A DNA stretch of 64,000 nucleotides from Campylobacterota bacterium (GCA_051746405.1 JBNJFB010000005.1:1993-65992), one strand, 5' to 3'; counted from the stretch's first letter, positions 30,962 to 41,543 are shown. Numbers and translations are program-made. The notes: a model not told the origin generated them from the sequence alone.

Positions 30962-31114
30962 TTATTATCCATTTGTATTTTTCATAAATTTTATCTAAAA
31001 CTATCTAATTAAAGGTTTAAAACTACTACAAAAATAAAATTGTCTAATCGCTTTTTAAGATTAGTTTGTTATGGTTTACACATTATTTTGTTATGTCACA
31101 AAAGGATATCTATA

Positions 31115-32761
31115 ATGAAAATAGCTAGTGTTGGTTTTTTTAAGGGAATGAACCGAAAAATGTCGGTAATTTCTATAATACTTATTGTTGTATCTGTTCT
31201 AATAACTGCATACTATCCAAGTAAAAGTTCTGTTTATTTAGAACAAACAAGAGATTTTATAAATCCATTTTTAGAGTGGTACTATATACTTTTAGTTGCA
31301 TTTTTACTTTTTTTAATGATTTGGCTTGGAATGGGTCGATATAGAAATGTTAGATTAGGTGGAGATTTAGAACAACCTGAATTTACCTTTTTTTCATGGG
31401 TATCAATGCTTTTTGCAGCTGGAACTGGTGTAGGAATACTATTTTGGTCTGTAGCACAACCTATTATGCAGTTTCAAAGCAATCCTTTCACAGGTGCAGA
31501 GATGACCCCACAAGCTGCTATTACAGGTATGAGCCTTAGCTTTTTCCACTGGGGATTAAATGGATGGGCAATATTTTCATTTATTGCTCTTACCTTAGCA
31601 TATTTTTCATTTAGGCATGACTACCCTTTGACTATTCGTTCAGCACTTTATCCACTATTTGGAAGAAAAGTGGACTCTTTTTTTGGTGATATTATAGATG
31701 TATTAGCTGTTTTTGGTACTGTTTTTGGTATTGCGACAACTTTAGGCTTAGGGGTTCAACAAATGAACACAGGATTAAGAAAGGTTTTTGAAATAGAAAC
31801 CTCCTTAACCTTTCAACTAACAGTAATGTCACTTATAATGTTAATAGCTGTTGCATCTGTTGTATCAGGTGTTAATAAAGGGGTTAGATTTCTATCAGTT
31901 AGTAACTTTTGGCTTAGTATTATAGCATTAACATTTTTACTTTTATTTGGGCCAACACAATATCTAATTGGTATTACAATTGAGTCAACTGGTCACTATA
32001 TACAAAATATTTTAAGACTAACTTTTCATACAAATGTGACCCATGATACCAGTTGGCAATCTGTATGGACAGTATTTTTCTGGGGATGGTGGATAGCATG
32101 GTCACCATTTGTAGGGATGTTTATAGCAAGAATATCAAGGGGGAGAACCTTTGGTGAGTTTGTATCAGGTGTTTTACTAACCCCTACTTTAATTACTATA
32201 ATATGGATAGGACTATTTGGTGGAACTGCTTTATATGAAGAGCTTATTTTACAAAAAGATATTGTATCAGCAGTGAACCAAGATGTATCAAGTGCACTAT
32301 TTGTAATGCTAGAAAATCTAAACTTAGGAACACTTGGCAGTATAATGTCATTTTTAATGATTGTACTTATTGCCACATATTTAATTACATCAGCAAATGC
32401 AGGAACACTTGTAATCACTACTATTCTAGCAGCAGGTTCAACAACACCACCAACAAGCCATAGAATTTTATGGGGTATAATTCTCACACTTCTTACAGGT
32501 GTTTTAATAGTTGCAGGTGGACTTCAAACCTTACAAGCAGCAGTTATAACAGCTGCATTACCATTTTCATTTGTGATTATTCTTATGGTTGTAGGTTTAT
32601 TAAAAAGTCTAAGCTTAGAAAAAACTCCTGTTAGGTCAGGTAATGAATCAGTAGCAGCTAGAGAACCTTGGATTTTAGAAAAAGATGTAGGGGAAGAACC
32701 AACAATAGTAGATGAACTAAATCCAAATGTAAAAGAGATGAAAGACCCTGAATACAAGTAG
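31115..32761 (+). CDS. BCCT-family (betaine/choline/carnitine) transporter
   Basis: WxSMLFAAGTG, FHWG, WWIAWSPFVGMFIARISRGRT; start at ATG 31115 after AAAGGA. Confidence 0.92.
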   Translation: MKIASVGFFKGMNRKMSVISIILIVVSVLITAYYPSKSSVYLEQTRDFINPFLEWYYILLVAFLLFLMIWLGMGRYRNVRLGGDLEQPEFTFFSWVSMLFAAGTGVGILFWSVAQPIMQFQSNPFTGAEMTPQAAITGMSLSFFHWGLNGWAIFSFIALTLAYFSFRHDYPLTIRSALYPLFGRKVDSFFGDIIDVLAVFGTVFGIATTLGLGVQQMNTGLRKVFEIETSLTFQLTVMSLIMLIAVASVVSGVNKGVRFLSVSNFWLSIIALTFLLLFGPTQYLIGITIESTGHYIQNILRLTFHTNVTHDTSWQSVWTVFFWGWWIAWSPFVGMFIARISRGRTFGEFVSGVLLTPTLITIIWIGLFGGTALYEELILQKDIVSAVNQDVSSALFVMLENLNLGTLGSIMSFLMIVLIATYLITSANAGTLVITTILAAGSTTPPTSHRILWGIILTLLTGVLIVAGGLQTLQAAVITAALPFSFVIILMVVGLLKSLSLEKTPVRSGNESVAAREPWILEKDVGEEPTIVDELNPNVKEMKDPEYK

Positions 32762-32782
32762 GTATTTAGGGTTTAAGATATC

Positions 32783-34570
32783 TTAGTCATCAAATTTTTC
32801 TTTTATTTCTAAAAACTTATCTAAATTTTTAAAAAATATATCAATTAAAATAGGATCAAAGTGTTTTGCTCTTTGCTCTTTAAAAAGCTCAAGTATTCTA
32901 TCTAAGTCCCATGCTTTCTTATAAACTCTATCATGACCCAAAGCATCAAGAACATCAGCTATAGCTGTTATTCTTCCATAAATATGAATTTGCTCACCTT
33001 TAAGTCCTCTAGGATAACCACTTCCATCCCATTTCTCATGGTGTTCATAAGCTACAATAGCAGCAGCTTTTAATACCTCTCTACTAGAACCCTCTAAAAC
33101 TTTATACCCAATATTAGCATGTGACTTCATCACCTCAAACTCTTCTTTTGTAAGTTTGCCTGGCTTATTTAAAATACTATCTGCAATAGCAACTTTACCT
33201 ATATCGTGCATAGGACTTGCAGTAAAAAGTGTTTCAGCCTCTTTATAGCTAAGCCCATATAAAAGTGCTAAAAGCCTAGAGTATTCAGCCACCCTTTTTA
33301 CATGATTTCCTGTTTCCTTACTTCTACTTTCACCTATCTCTCCCATTTTATATACTATCTCTTTTTGAGTAGCTTCAATCTCAAGATGTGAATTTACAAG
33401 AGGCGTAACATCGTGCATTATAAGTAAATACTCACAAATATCTCCATTGATATTTTTTATGGGCTTGATAGTTGTTTCAGTATAAAATGGCTCACCATAC
33501 TTTGGTTTTCCTTTAAAATTTCCTGTATAAACTCTGCCTTTTTGAACTATTTTTAATATCCCATGTCTATTCTCTAAGGATTCCCACGATATAAAATCAC
33601 TAATTCTAGCTTTTAGCATCTCACTTTTTTTATATTTTGTAAGTTGCAGATACTTATCATTAACATACTCAATTGTAAATTTAGTTGAGAGTTTTGCAAT
33701 AGCACTATTATTTATAATAGCATCTTCATACTCTTTTAATGAATTAGATGTATCTTCAAGCTCATTATTTAAAGACTCTTTATAGTTTTGTAGTTGTGTA
33801 ATATCTGTTCTTAATCCAATAAATTCAACAATCTCACCTTTGTTATCTAAAATAGGCTTGATAGTAGCCTCAACCCAATAATAAGAACCATCTTTTTTAA
33901 GATTTTTAATCTCACCTCTCCAAGTTTTTTTAAGATTTTTGATTGTATGCCAAAGATCAGAAAAAATCTCTTTTGGCATATGTGGATGCCTTACTATACT
34001 ATGTGGCTTTCCTATAATCTCATCTTTTTCATAACCTGAAATCTTACAAAACTCAGAGTTAACATATGTAATTATTCCATTTTTATCTGCTTTTGAAAGA
34101 ATAGAACCATCATCAACCGCATCTTTATACTCTTGAAGTAGCTTTTGCGATTGCTCAAGTTGCTTATATGCACTAACATCATGTTGAACACAAAAGTAGT
34201 GTGATAACTCACCTTTTTTATTATATAAAGCTGAAATGTTCCACTCCACCCAATATGAAGTACCATCTTTTCTATAGTTTATTGTACTATCTTGAAAAAA
34301 CTCACCTGCTTGAAGCTTTTGTTTTAATCTATTTAAAACATCTCTACTAGTTTGCTCACCTTGTAAAATACGAGGAGTTTTACCTAAAATCTCTTCAAAA
34401 CTATATCCAGTTTGTTTACAAAAAGCACTATTTGCATATATGATTTGTGGTCCAGGAAGCTCTAGCTGGGATGTGGTTATTACTACAGAGTTAAAAAGTT
34501 GCTCAAAAAATGGCTTAAATAGATCAAGGTTATCTATATCAAAATCAAATTCTTCCAAAGGTGTTGTCAT
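32783..34570 (-). CDS. Triple-PAS HD-GYP phosphodiesterase
   Basis: Three PAS/PAC repeats; MHDIGK and HHEKWDGSGYP. Confidence 0.9.
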   Translation of the reverse strand: MTTPLEEFDFDIDNLDLFKPFFEQLFNSVVITTSQLELPGPQIIYANSAFCKQTGYSFEEILGKTPRILQGEQTSRDVLNRLKQKLQAGEFFQDSTINYRKDGTSYWVEWNISALYNKKGELSHYFCVQHDVSAYKQLEQSQKLLQEYKDAVDDGSILSKADKNGIITYVNSEFCKISGYEKDEIIGKPHSIVRHPHMPKEIFSDLWHTIKNLKKTWRGEIKNLKKDGSYYWVEATIKPILDNKGEIVEFIGLRTDITQLQNYKESLNNELEDTSNSLKEYEDAIINNSAIAKLSTKFTIEYVNDKYLQLTKYKKSEMLKARISDFISWESLENRHGILKIVQKGRVYTGNFKGKPKYGEPFYTETTIKPIKNINGDICEYLLIMHDVTPLVNSHLEIEATQKEIVYKMGEIGESRSKETGNHVKRVAEYSRLLALLYGLSYKEAETLFTASPMHDIGKVAIADSILNKPGKLTKEEFEVMKSHANIGYKVLEGSSREVLKAAAIVAYEHHEKWDGSGYPRGLKGEQIHIYGRITAIADVLDALGHDRVYKKAWDLDRILELFKEQRAKHFDPILIDIFFKNLDKFLEIKEKFDD

Positions 34571-34683
34571 AAAATCTTCTTCTTAAGTATAATATTTAAA
34601 TACGTATATTGTATCATAATTTACTTACGCCCATTTAAAGCATAAGCAAATTTTTTATCTTTAACTTTTCATAAACTATACTT

Positions 34684-36138
34684 TTAAAATAGTTCAATTA
34701 AAAAAAGCCAGCTCATAGTTATTACAGGCCCTAAAACTGCAGTAACAATACCTAATATTAAGAAGTCTTTACCTTGAACTTTATTGCTTGAGTACATAAT
34801 CGCATTTGGTGGAGTAGAAACAGGTAGTATCATCGCAAAAGAAGCACTTAATGCCACTGCAATGACTGCTACTAAGCTTGAATCAGGTGAGATACTTATA
34901 GCCACTGCTATTACAATTGGAAGCATAATATTTGCAGCTGCTGTATTACTCATAAAGTTTGAAACTACTACTACAAGATAAGAAAAAATCACTATAACCA
35001 TAAGCATACCAAGAGTTTCTGTGGGCACAAAAGAGGCTAGCCAAAGGTCAAGACCTGTTTTTGATACTCCAAGACCAAGACTTAATCCACCAATAATAAG
35101 AATAATCACATCCCAACGAATATGACAAATATCATCTGCATCTAAAATCCCAAAAAGAGTAAATCCAATAATTGGAATAAGTGAAACTACAGTTGTAGGA
35201 ATATGATGCAAAGGACCTGTTAGCCAAAGCAAAATAGTCAAAGCAAAGATAGCTATTGTTACGATTTTTTTCCAACTAGGTACAGTGGGTATCTTGGAAA
35301 ACTTTTTTGTAGAATCATCAAAGTGCTCTACTTCTTTGATACTTCTAATATCAATAAAAGGCTCAGTTGAAGCATAGAGCTTAAGAATCACAAACCGTAA
35401 AACTAAAACCATTAAAATTGCAGGTACTACAGCATAACCCATCCAACCAATAAAAGATGGAGCGTTTTGCCCAAGTACACCTACTGCAATAGCATTGGGA
35501 GGAGTACCTATAATTGTTGACATCCCTCCAATATTTGCACCCACAACCACAGACAGAAGCATCGCTTTGCCAAATGGATTACCAGGTTTTACATGTAGAA
35601 GAAGTGGCGTTAATACAGTAAGCATCATTGCAGCAGTTGCTGTGTTTGAAACAAACATAGAAAGCAAAAATGTAACAGCAATAAGCCCAGAAACAATATT
35701 TTTTGGACGTCCACCCACATAAAAAAGTACCCTTTTTGCAAGCCATAAATCAAGTTTAGTTTTAGAAGCAGCACTTGCCATAATAAAACCTGCCAAAAAT
35801 AAAAAAATCAACGGTGATGACCAAGGCTTTAAATAACTCTCCCACTCATTTGAACCACTAGAAAAGTTAAAGTCACTAAAACCTAAGAGTATAATCTCAA
35901 GTGCAATTACTAATAGTGAAACAGCAAATGCAGGAATTGCCTCTGTAATCCAAAGCCCAGCTGCAAATATAAGAATAAAAAGCATTAATACACCCTCTTT
36001 AGAAAGGGAATAATCAGGAATAAATGCAACACATAAAGCAATTAATAAAGTAAATGTAAAAGATCTAAAAATAATTTTAAGAGGAATATTATAAGCCTTA
36101 TCAATTAACTGCCGAAGACTCCGTCTCTCATCTAACAT
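34684..36138 (-). CDS. DASS/SLC13 anion transporter
   Basis: SNTATAAM twice, GTPPNA, PVSTPPNA. Confidence 0.9.
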   Translation of the reverse strand: MLDERRSLRQLIDKAYNIPLKIIFRSFTFTLLIALCVAFIPDYSLSKEGVLMLFILIFAAGLWITEAIPAFAVSLLVIALEIILLGFSDFNFSSGSNEWESYLKPWSSPLIFLFLAGFIMASAASKTKLDLWLAKRVLFYVGGRPKNIVSGLIAVTFLLSMFVSNTATAAMMLTVLTPLLLHVKPGNPFGKAMLLSVVVGANIGGMSTIIGTPPNAIAVGVLGQNAPSFIGWMGYAVVPAILMVLVLRFVILKLYASTEPFIDIRSIKEVEHFDDSTKKFSKIPTVPSWKKIVTIAIFALTILLWLTGPLHHIPTTVVSLIPIIGFTLFGILDADDICHIRWDVIILIIGGLSLGLGVSKTGLDLWLASFVPTETLGMLMVIVIFSYLVVVVSNFMSNTAAANIMLPIVIAVAISISPDSSLVAVIAVALSASFAMILPVSTPPNAIMYSSNKVQGKDFLILGIVTAVLGPVITMSWLFLIELF

Positions 36139-36153
36139 TATAATCCTTTATTA

Positions 36154-36555
36154 TTAAAATTTTAAAATAGACTCTTTAGTAATATCTACCATAGATTGAT
36201 ACTTACTATAATCGTTTATTTCTTCAAAACTCTTTGTTTGCATTGAAAAAATATAAAATGGTATATTAACCCCATAAAGTGAAACTAACATCTGCATCAA
36301 TATGAAGGGGCTTAGTTGATGGCTAATCCTATGTTCATAAGAGGGCAAAGGGACTGCTAATGTGTAAGATGAACCATAAGAAGCATCTACAAAAACTATT
36401 TTTGTTGCATCTTTTAACTCTAAACAGTGTTCAGGAAGTAGTTGATGAGTTTGGATACATTTAAACTTACAATTCTGACTGAAGCTTTTTACCACATCTA
36501 AACCAAATGCATCTTCTCCTCTTAATTCATTGCCCATTCCTACTAAATAAATCAT
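36154..36555 (-). CDS. hoxW: Hydrogenase maturation protease, HoxW-like
   Basis: GMGNELRGEDAFG, HQLLPE, VFVDAS, SHQLSP. Confidence 0.8.
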   Translation of the reverse strand: MIYLVGMGNELRGEDAFGLDVVKSFSQNCKFKCIQTHQLLPEHCLELKDATKIVFVDASYGSSYTLAVPLPSYEHRISHQLSPFILMQMLVSLYGVNIPFYIFSMQTKSFEEINDYSKYQSMVDITKESILKF

Positions 36556-36571
36556 TAGTTTTTATCTTTAT

Positions 36572-37540
36572 TTATCTTACCATCTGTGTTGCCATATCCA
36601 ATAAATTCTGTTTTATTTTATATTTTTGGCTATTTACATAATCTATTGTTACAAATTCAAACTTTGATTCTTTATAAACTATCACATAAGACTCTGTTTT
36701 ATTATCTATATTTAAAAGTTTGTCAATAGAATATGTTACAAATTCAACTGCCATAAGTCTATCATATACAGTGGGATTTCCACCTCTTTGTATATGACCT
36801 AATGTTGTAGCTCTTGTTTCAATTCCAACTTCATTTTCTAAGAAGTCAACTATATTTTCTGTTTGTTTTGTACCCTCTGCCACAAGGGCTACTATATATT
36901 GTCTACCATTTAATAACTCATTTTTTAGTTTAGTTTTCAGTGAATTTAAGTCATATTCAAGTTCTGGTATTATACAAATCTCTGCTCCACAAGTAATAGC
37001 TGAAACTAGTGCTAAATATCCACAATCTCTACCCATAGTCTCTATAACACAACCTCTTTTAAATGAAGCAGAGGTATCTCTAATAGCATCTGTTGCACCC
37101 CTAATTATATTTAAAGCTGTATCTACACCTAGACAATAGTCTGTAGCAAATATGTCATTATCAATTGTAGATGGTATTGCAATAAAAGGAATAGAAAAAT
37201 CTTTATGAAATTGATTTAAAGCTCGAAATGAACCATCACCTCCAAGAATAATAAGCCTACTTATTCCATATGATTTTAAATTTTCATAAGCTTGTTTTCT
37301 ATATTTATACTCATAAAATCGTTTGGATCTTGATGACCGAATCTTAGTCCCACCCTCATGCATTATTCCTGCTACATCTTCATATGTAGCTTTTTTAATA
37401 GTACCGTTTATTAATCCCTCTAATCCATCATAGATTAAGAATGGTTCTATTTTTAATGTAAAACAGTAATCAACAAACTGTTTTATAGCAGGGTTCATTC
37501 CAGCACAATCTCCACCTGAAGTAAGTATTGCTATTGCCAT
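36572..37540 (-). CDS. pfkA: ATP-dependent 6-phosphofructokinase
   Basis: TSGGD, GGDGS (ATP-type), TIDND, MGR, GHIQRGG. Confidence 0.95.
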   Translation of the reverse strand: MAIAILTSGGDCAGMNPAIKQFVDYCFTLKIEPFLIYDGLEGLINGTIKKATYEDVAGIMHEGGTKIRSSRSKRFYEYKYRKQAYENLKSYGISRLIILGGDGSFRALNQFHKDFSIPFIAIPSTIDNDIFATDYCLGVDTALNIIRGATDAIRDTSASFKRGCVIETMGRDCGYLALVSAITCGAEICIIPELEYDLNSLKTKLKNELLNGRQYIVALVAEGTKQTENIVDFLENEVGIETRATTLGHIQRGGNPTVYDRLMAVEFVTYSIDKLLNIDNKTESYVIVYKESKFEFVTIDYVNSQKYKIKQNLLDMATQMVR

Positions 37541-37541
37541 T

Positions 37542-38810
37542 TTAACTCTCTTTTTTCATCTTTTTTATAAGCTTTTTCTTCCCTAGTTCAACTCCTGGTT
37601 GATCATATGTATTTATGTCAAGCATTATACCTACAACTGAAGTTAATAGTTCGTAATAGTATATTAAACTTCCTAAGTTATCAATATTTAGATTATTTAT
37701 TGTAATCATATCACATGGGATTCCTGACTCACTTACACTCTCATATGTAGCCATACATTGGGCATTTATTAAGCTACTAAAACTATAATTATTACTGTAG
37801 TTTACCCCTGTAATATGGTCAAGTTTTATATCAGGTATTTTAATATCTGTTTGGAAATCATTTATTTTTAAAAAAGTTACTGTTTTATCCTCAGGACCTT
37901 GCATAACTAGCTGTAAAAAAGAGTGTTGGTCAACACTTCCTACTAATCCAATAGGAGTTAAACCCACTTTTTTAAATGTTTTATTAAGTTTTCCCAAACT
38001 CTCTCCCCATAACTGAACATACCACTTATTAAAGTTCTCAAAACTAGACCCATAAGAAAAAAGTATATTTATAGGTTTCTTTTTGGCTTTTTTAAAGTAA
38101 AAATATGCTTTTTCTAAAAGATGGTCATGTTTTCTATTAAAAAAATCTTTCTCAAACTTTGCTGCACCTAAAATAAGTTTTTCTATATCATATCCAATAA
38201 TAGAAAGTGGAACAAGTCCAACTGCACTTAATACAGAAAACCTTCCCCCAACGTTTTTAGGAATTGTAAAGGTTTTTATTTTATACTGTTGTGCAAATAA
38301 AAATAGTGGAGAGTTTTCATCTGTTATTGCAATAAGATTTTTTGTATCTTTTGTATGTAAATCTATTTTATATCTTTGAAGTACATACTTAAATATAGAA
38401 GTTGTTTCAATTGTTGTACCTGATTTGCTAATAACAATAAATATCGAATCTTCTTTATTAACATCTATTAAGTTTTCTTTTATATTGCTAGGGTCTCCAT
38501 TTTCAAGAAATATTAATTTTATTTCAGATTTCTTTTTAAATCCTAAAATAGCATCAATAGCTTTAGTACCTAAACTAGATCCACCTATTCCAATAACAAC
38601 AACATTTTTAATTTTATTATTTTGAAGAGAATTGTGATTCTTTTTATATTCTTCTATTTGATGAATTAGAGGTTTTGTATTATTTGGTAAAGAGTAGTAA
38701 CCAACTTTATTACTATCTTTCTCCTTTTTTAGTTTCTTAAAAGTACTTTCACAAAACTCAGTTGCTTTTTTACCAATTTTTGGGTTAAATTGTCTCTGGA
38801 ATTGAAGCAT
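37542..38810 (-). CDS. pgi: Glucose-6-phosphate isomerase
   Basis: GIGGSSLG, SKSGTT, GGRFSV, QLWGESLGK, HS, DQPGVELGK. Confidence 0.95.
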   Translation of the reverse strand: MLQFQRQFNPKIGKKATEFCESTFKKLKKEKDSNKVGYYSLPNNTKPLIHQIEEYKKNHNSLQNNKIKNVVVIGIGGSSLGTKAIDAILGFKKKSEIKLIFLENGDPSNIKENLIDVNKEDSIFIVISKSGTTIETTSIFKYVLQRYKIDLHTKDTKNLIAITDENSPLFLFAQQYKIKTFTIPKNVGGRFSVLSAVGLVPLSIIGYDIEKLILGAAKFEKDFFNRKHDHLLEKAYFYFKKAKKKPINILFSYGSSFENFNKWYVQLWGESLGKLNKTFKKVGLTPIGLVGSVDQHSFLQLVMQGPEDKTVTFLKINDFQTDIKIPDIKLDHITGVNYSNNYSFSSLINAQCMATYESVSESGIPCDMITINNLNIDNLGSLIYYYELLTSVVGIMLDINTYDQPGVELGKKKLIKKMKKES

Positions 38811-39805
38811 TATTTTGTTCCTACAAACTTTACCATATCAACTAATCTTGAGCTATATCCCCACTCATTATCATACCAAGCTAATACTTTTACAGTTTTA
38901 GCATCTACAACATTTGTCATATCAGGTACAAATGTAGAGCTATAAGTACTACCTACAAAATCACTAGATACTCTTTTGTCATTATCTATTTCAATTAAGC
39001 CTTTAAAATCTGCTTGACTTGCTTTTGTCATAGCATCATTTATTGCATCTACAGTAACCTCTTTATGTAAATTAACTGTTAAATCTACTACAGAAACATC
39101 AGCTGTAGGAACTCTCATAGCATAGCCATTTAATTTACCTGTTAAATTTGGCATAACTTTAGCAATAGCTTTTGCTGCACCTGTTGTAGTTGGTATCATA
39201 TTTACAGCAGCTGCTCTTGCTCTTCTTTTATCACTTTTATGTTTTACATCTAAGATATTTTGATCATTTGTGTAAGAATGAATAGTTGTCATAAGTCCAT
39301 TTTCAATCCCAAACTCTTCATCTAAAACTTTACAAATAGGTGCTAAACAGTTTGTAGTACAAGAAGCATTAGATATTATCTCTTCACCTTTATACTCATT
39401 AGTATTAATATTTAATACATAAGTGGGTGTGTCATCTTTAGCAGGTGCTGACATTACAACTTTTTCTACTCCATCTTTTAGATATGCCTTACATTTTTCA
39501 GTAGTTAAAAAAGCACCCGTACACTCAATAACAACTTTAGCTTTACATTTTCCAAAACCTAACTCTTTTGGATCTCTTGTGGAGAATATTTTTACATATT
39601 TTCCATTGATTTTCATAGTTGTATCATCAACAATTACAGCATCTACACCTTTATGAACTGAATCATATTTTAAAAGATATTGCAACATATCCATACTTGA
39701 TGTTGTATTAATTGCTACTAATTCTAAATCATCTCTACTTGTTACAATTTTTGCTACAATTACACCTATTCTTCCTGTTCCATTTATTGCTACTTTTAAT
39801 GCCAT
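38810..39805 (-). CDS. gapA: Type I glyceraldehyde-3-phosphate dehydrogenase
   Basis: GTGRIG, SNASCTTNCLAP, WYDNEWGYS. Confidence 0.96.
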   Translation of the reverse strand: MALKVAINGTGRIGVIVAKIVTSRDDLELVAINTTSSMDMLQYLLKYDSVHKGVDAVIVDDTTMKINGKYVKIFSTRDPKELGFGKCKAKVVIECTGAFLTTEKCKAYLKDGVEKVVMSAPAKDDTPTYVLNINTNEYKGEEIISNASCTTNCLAPICKVLDEEFGIENGLMTTIHSYTNDQNILDVKHKSDKRRARAAAVNMIPTTTGAAKAIAKVMPNLTGKLNGYAMRVPTADVSVVDLTVNLHKEVTVDAINDAMTKASQADFKGLIEIDNDKRVSSDFVGSTYSSTFVPDMTNVVDAKTVKVLAWYDNEWGYSSRLVDMVKFVGTK

Positions 39806-39829
39806 TTGTTATCCTTGATTTAATTGATT

Positions 39830-41473
39830 TTAAAACTTATACATTTTTTCATAATATTTATGTGCCATTGACCCTGAATCAAACTCATGTAAAACACTAT
39901 TCATGGAGTTTTCCATAATTCTAGCCCACTTTTTAGTATCTTCGTAATATATTGGTATTATCTCATTTTCTAGTCTATCCATCATCGATTTATTATCATT
40001 TTTATCTTGCATTTCTATACTTAAGCTTGCATCTGCATTTAAAATAGTAAAACTATTTTCACCATCATTACAAAATTCTGGATGCCAGCCATCTGCTATT
40101 GAGTAGTTAATAGCACCATTCATAGAAGCACTCATACCACTTGTTCCACTAGCTTCTCTAGTAATTCGTGGAGTATTAAGCCATATATCTGCACCCTGTT
40201 TTAGTAATCTTGACAATTGAAGTTCATACTCTATTAATACTGCTGTATTACTATACTGTTTTGTCAAATAGATAAGTTCATTAAATAGATTTATAGAGTT
40301 TGTATCAAAAGGATAAGGTTTACCAGCCCAAATAACTTGAATTGGTTGTTCCTTTCTAGTAATTAGATTTACAAATCTATCAAAGTCATATTTTAAAAGT
40401 CCTGGTCTTTTATACTCAGCAAATCTTCTTGCCCATACAATAGTAAGTACATCTGGGTCAAACATTTTACCTGTTTGATTTGCAACCTCATCAAAAAGTT
40501 TTCTTTTTAGATGTTTTTTTCTAGCAATTAATTCATAATCTTCATGTTCATCAAGGGCTCTAAGCATTGGTTTATCAGCCCAATATCTCTTATTTTGTGC
40601 ATTGGTAATATCAATAATATCACAAATACCATCATAACCTTTCCACATATCATTTGCCACATCTGCATGCATTCTAGATACGCCATTAGCAATTTTTGCT
40701 ACACGTAATGCAGAGACTGTAAGATTAAAATCATCATGCTTTTCATAATGAACTATTTGCTTAACCTCATCTAAAGAAATATTACTAAAAAAACCCATTT
40801 TATTTAAAAGATTTATATTATGTACTTCATTCCCAGCAGCTTCAGGGGTATGAGTAGTGAATCTAACCTTTTGCCTTAATAACTCCATATCTTTAATATT
40901 TTTATATAGTTCAAATACTAATGGTAAAGCATGTCCCTCATTCATATGATAAATATCAACTTTATGATTTAAAGCCTCAAGTACTTTAACTCCACCAATA
41001 CCTAAAACAATCTCCTGAGCAATTCTTGTCTCTTCATGTGCGTCATAAAGCTTATGTGTAATAGTTCTAGAAAGGTAATCATTCTCTTCTATATCTGTTG
41101 TAAGAAGTATTAAAGGAGCTGAACTAAATAGATGTGAAGGAACAATTTGTGCTTTTACAATGACAGGTTTATCATTTATCATAACAGTTACTTTTATATC
41201 TAAATCCTCTAAAAAGTAATAGTGTTTTCTTCTAAACTCAATTTTTAAGTTTCTATCTTCATCCCTTGCTTGGTCATAATAACCATAACTCCATAATAAA
41301 CCAATACCAACAACATTCTGTTTTAAGTCATAAGCACTTCTCATATGAGACCCAGCTAAAAACCCAAGACCACCTGAATATATTTTAAGTGCTTGGTGTA
41401 CTGCAAACTCCATTGAGAAGTAGGCTACTGCTTTACTATACTTTTTACTAAATTCATATTGTTCTATTTGCAT
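39830..41473 (-). CDS. glgP: Short (547 aa) alpha-glucan phosphorylase, GT35; PLP-lysine replaced by Ser
   Basis: YFSMEF, YSGGLGFLAG, NEGH, FTTHTP, RRFAEYKR, EASGTSGMSA. Confidence 0.88.
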   Translation of the reverse strand: MQIEQYEFSKKYSKAVAYFSMEFAVHQALKIYSGGLGFLAGSHMRSAYDLKQNVVGIGLLWSYGYYDQARDEDRNLKIEFRRKHYYFLEDLDIKVTVMINDKPVIVKAQIVPSHLFSSAPLILLTTDIEENDYLSRTITHKLYDAHEETRIAQEIVLGIGGVKVLEALNHKVDIYHMNEGHALPLVFELYKNIKDMELLRQKVRFTTHTPEAAGNEVHNINLLNKMGFFSNISLDEVKQIVHYEKHDDFNLTVSALRVAKIANGVSRMHADVANDMWKGYDGICDIIDITNAQNKRYWADKPMLRALDEHEDYELIARKKHLKRKLFDEVANQTGKMFDPDVLTIVWARRFAEYKRPGLLKYDFDRFVNLITRKEQPIQVIWAGKPYPFDTNSINLFNELIYLTKQYSNTAVLIEYELQLSRLLKQGADIWLNTPRITREASGTSGMSASMNGAINYSIADGWHPEFCNDGENSFTILNADASLSIEMQDKNDNKSMMDRLENEIIPIYYEDTKKWARIMENSMNSVLHEFDSGSMAHKYYEKMYKF

Positions 41474-41543
41474 ATGTCTCCTTTACTGTTTTAGAAAATA
41501 ATTATATATAAATCACATCACTATTTGGTTACAGACTATTATC

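Noticed and set aside
34200-34500. First PAS domain of the HD-GYP protein resembles a LOV photoreceptor
   Set aside because: It reads GKTPRILQ, lacking the GxNCRFLQ cysteine, so there is no support for light sensing
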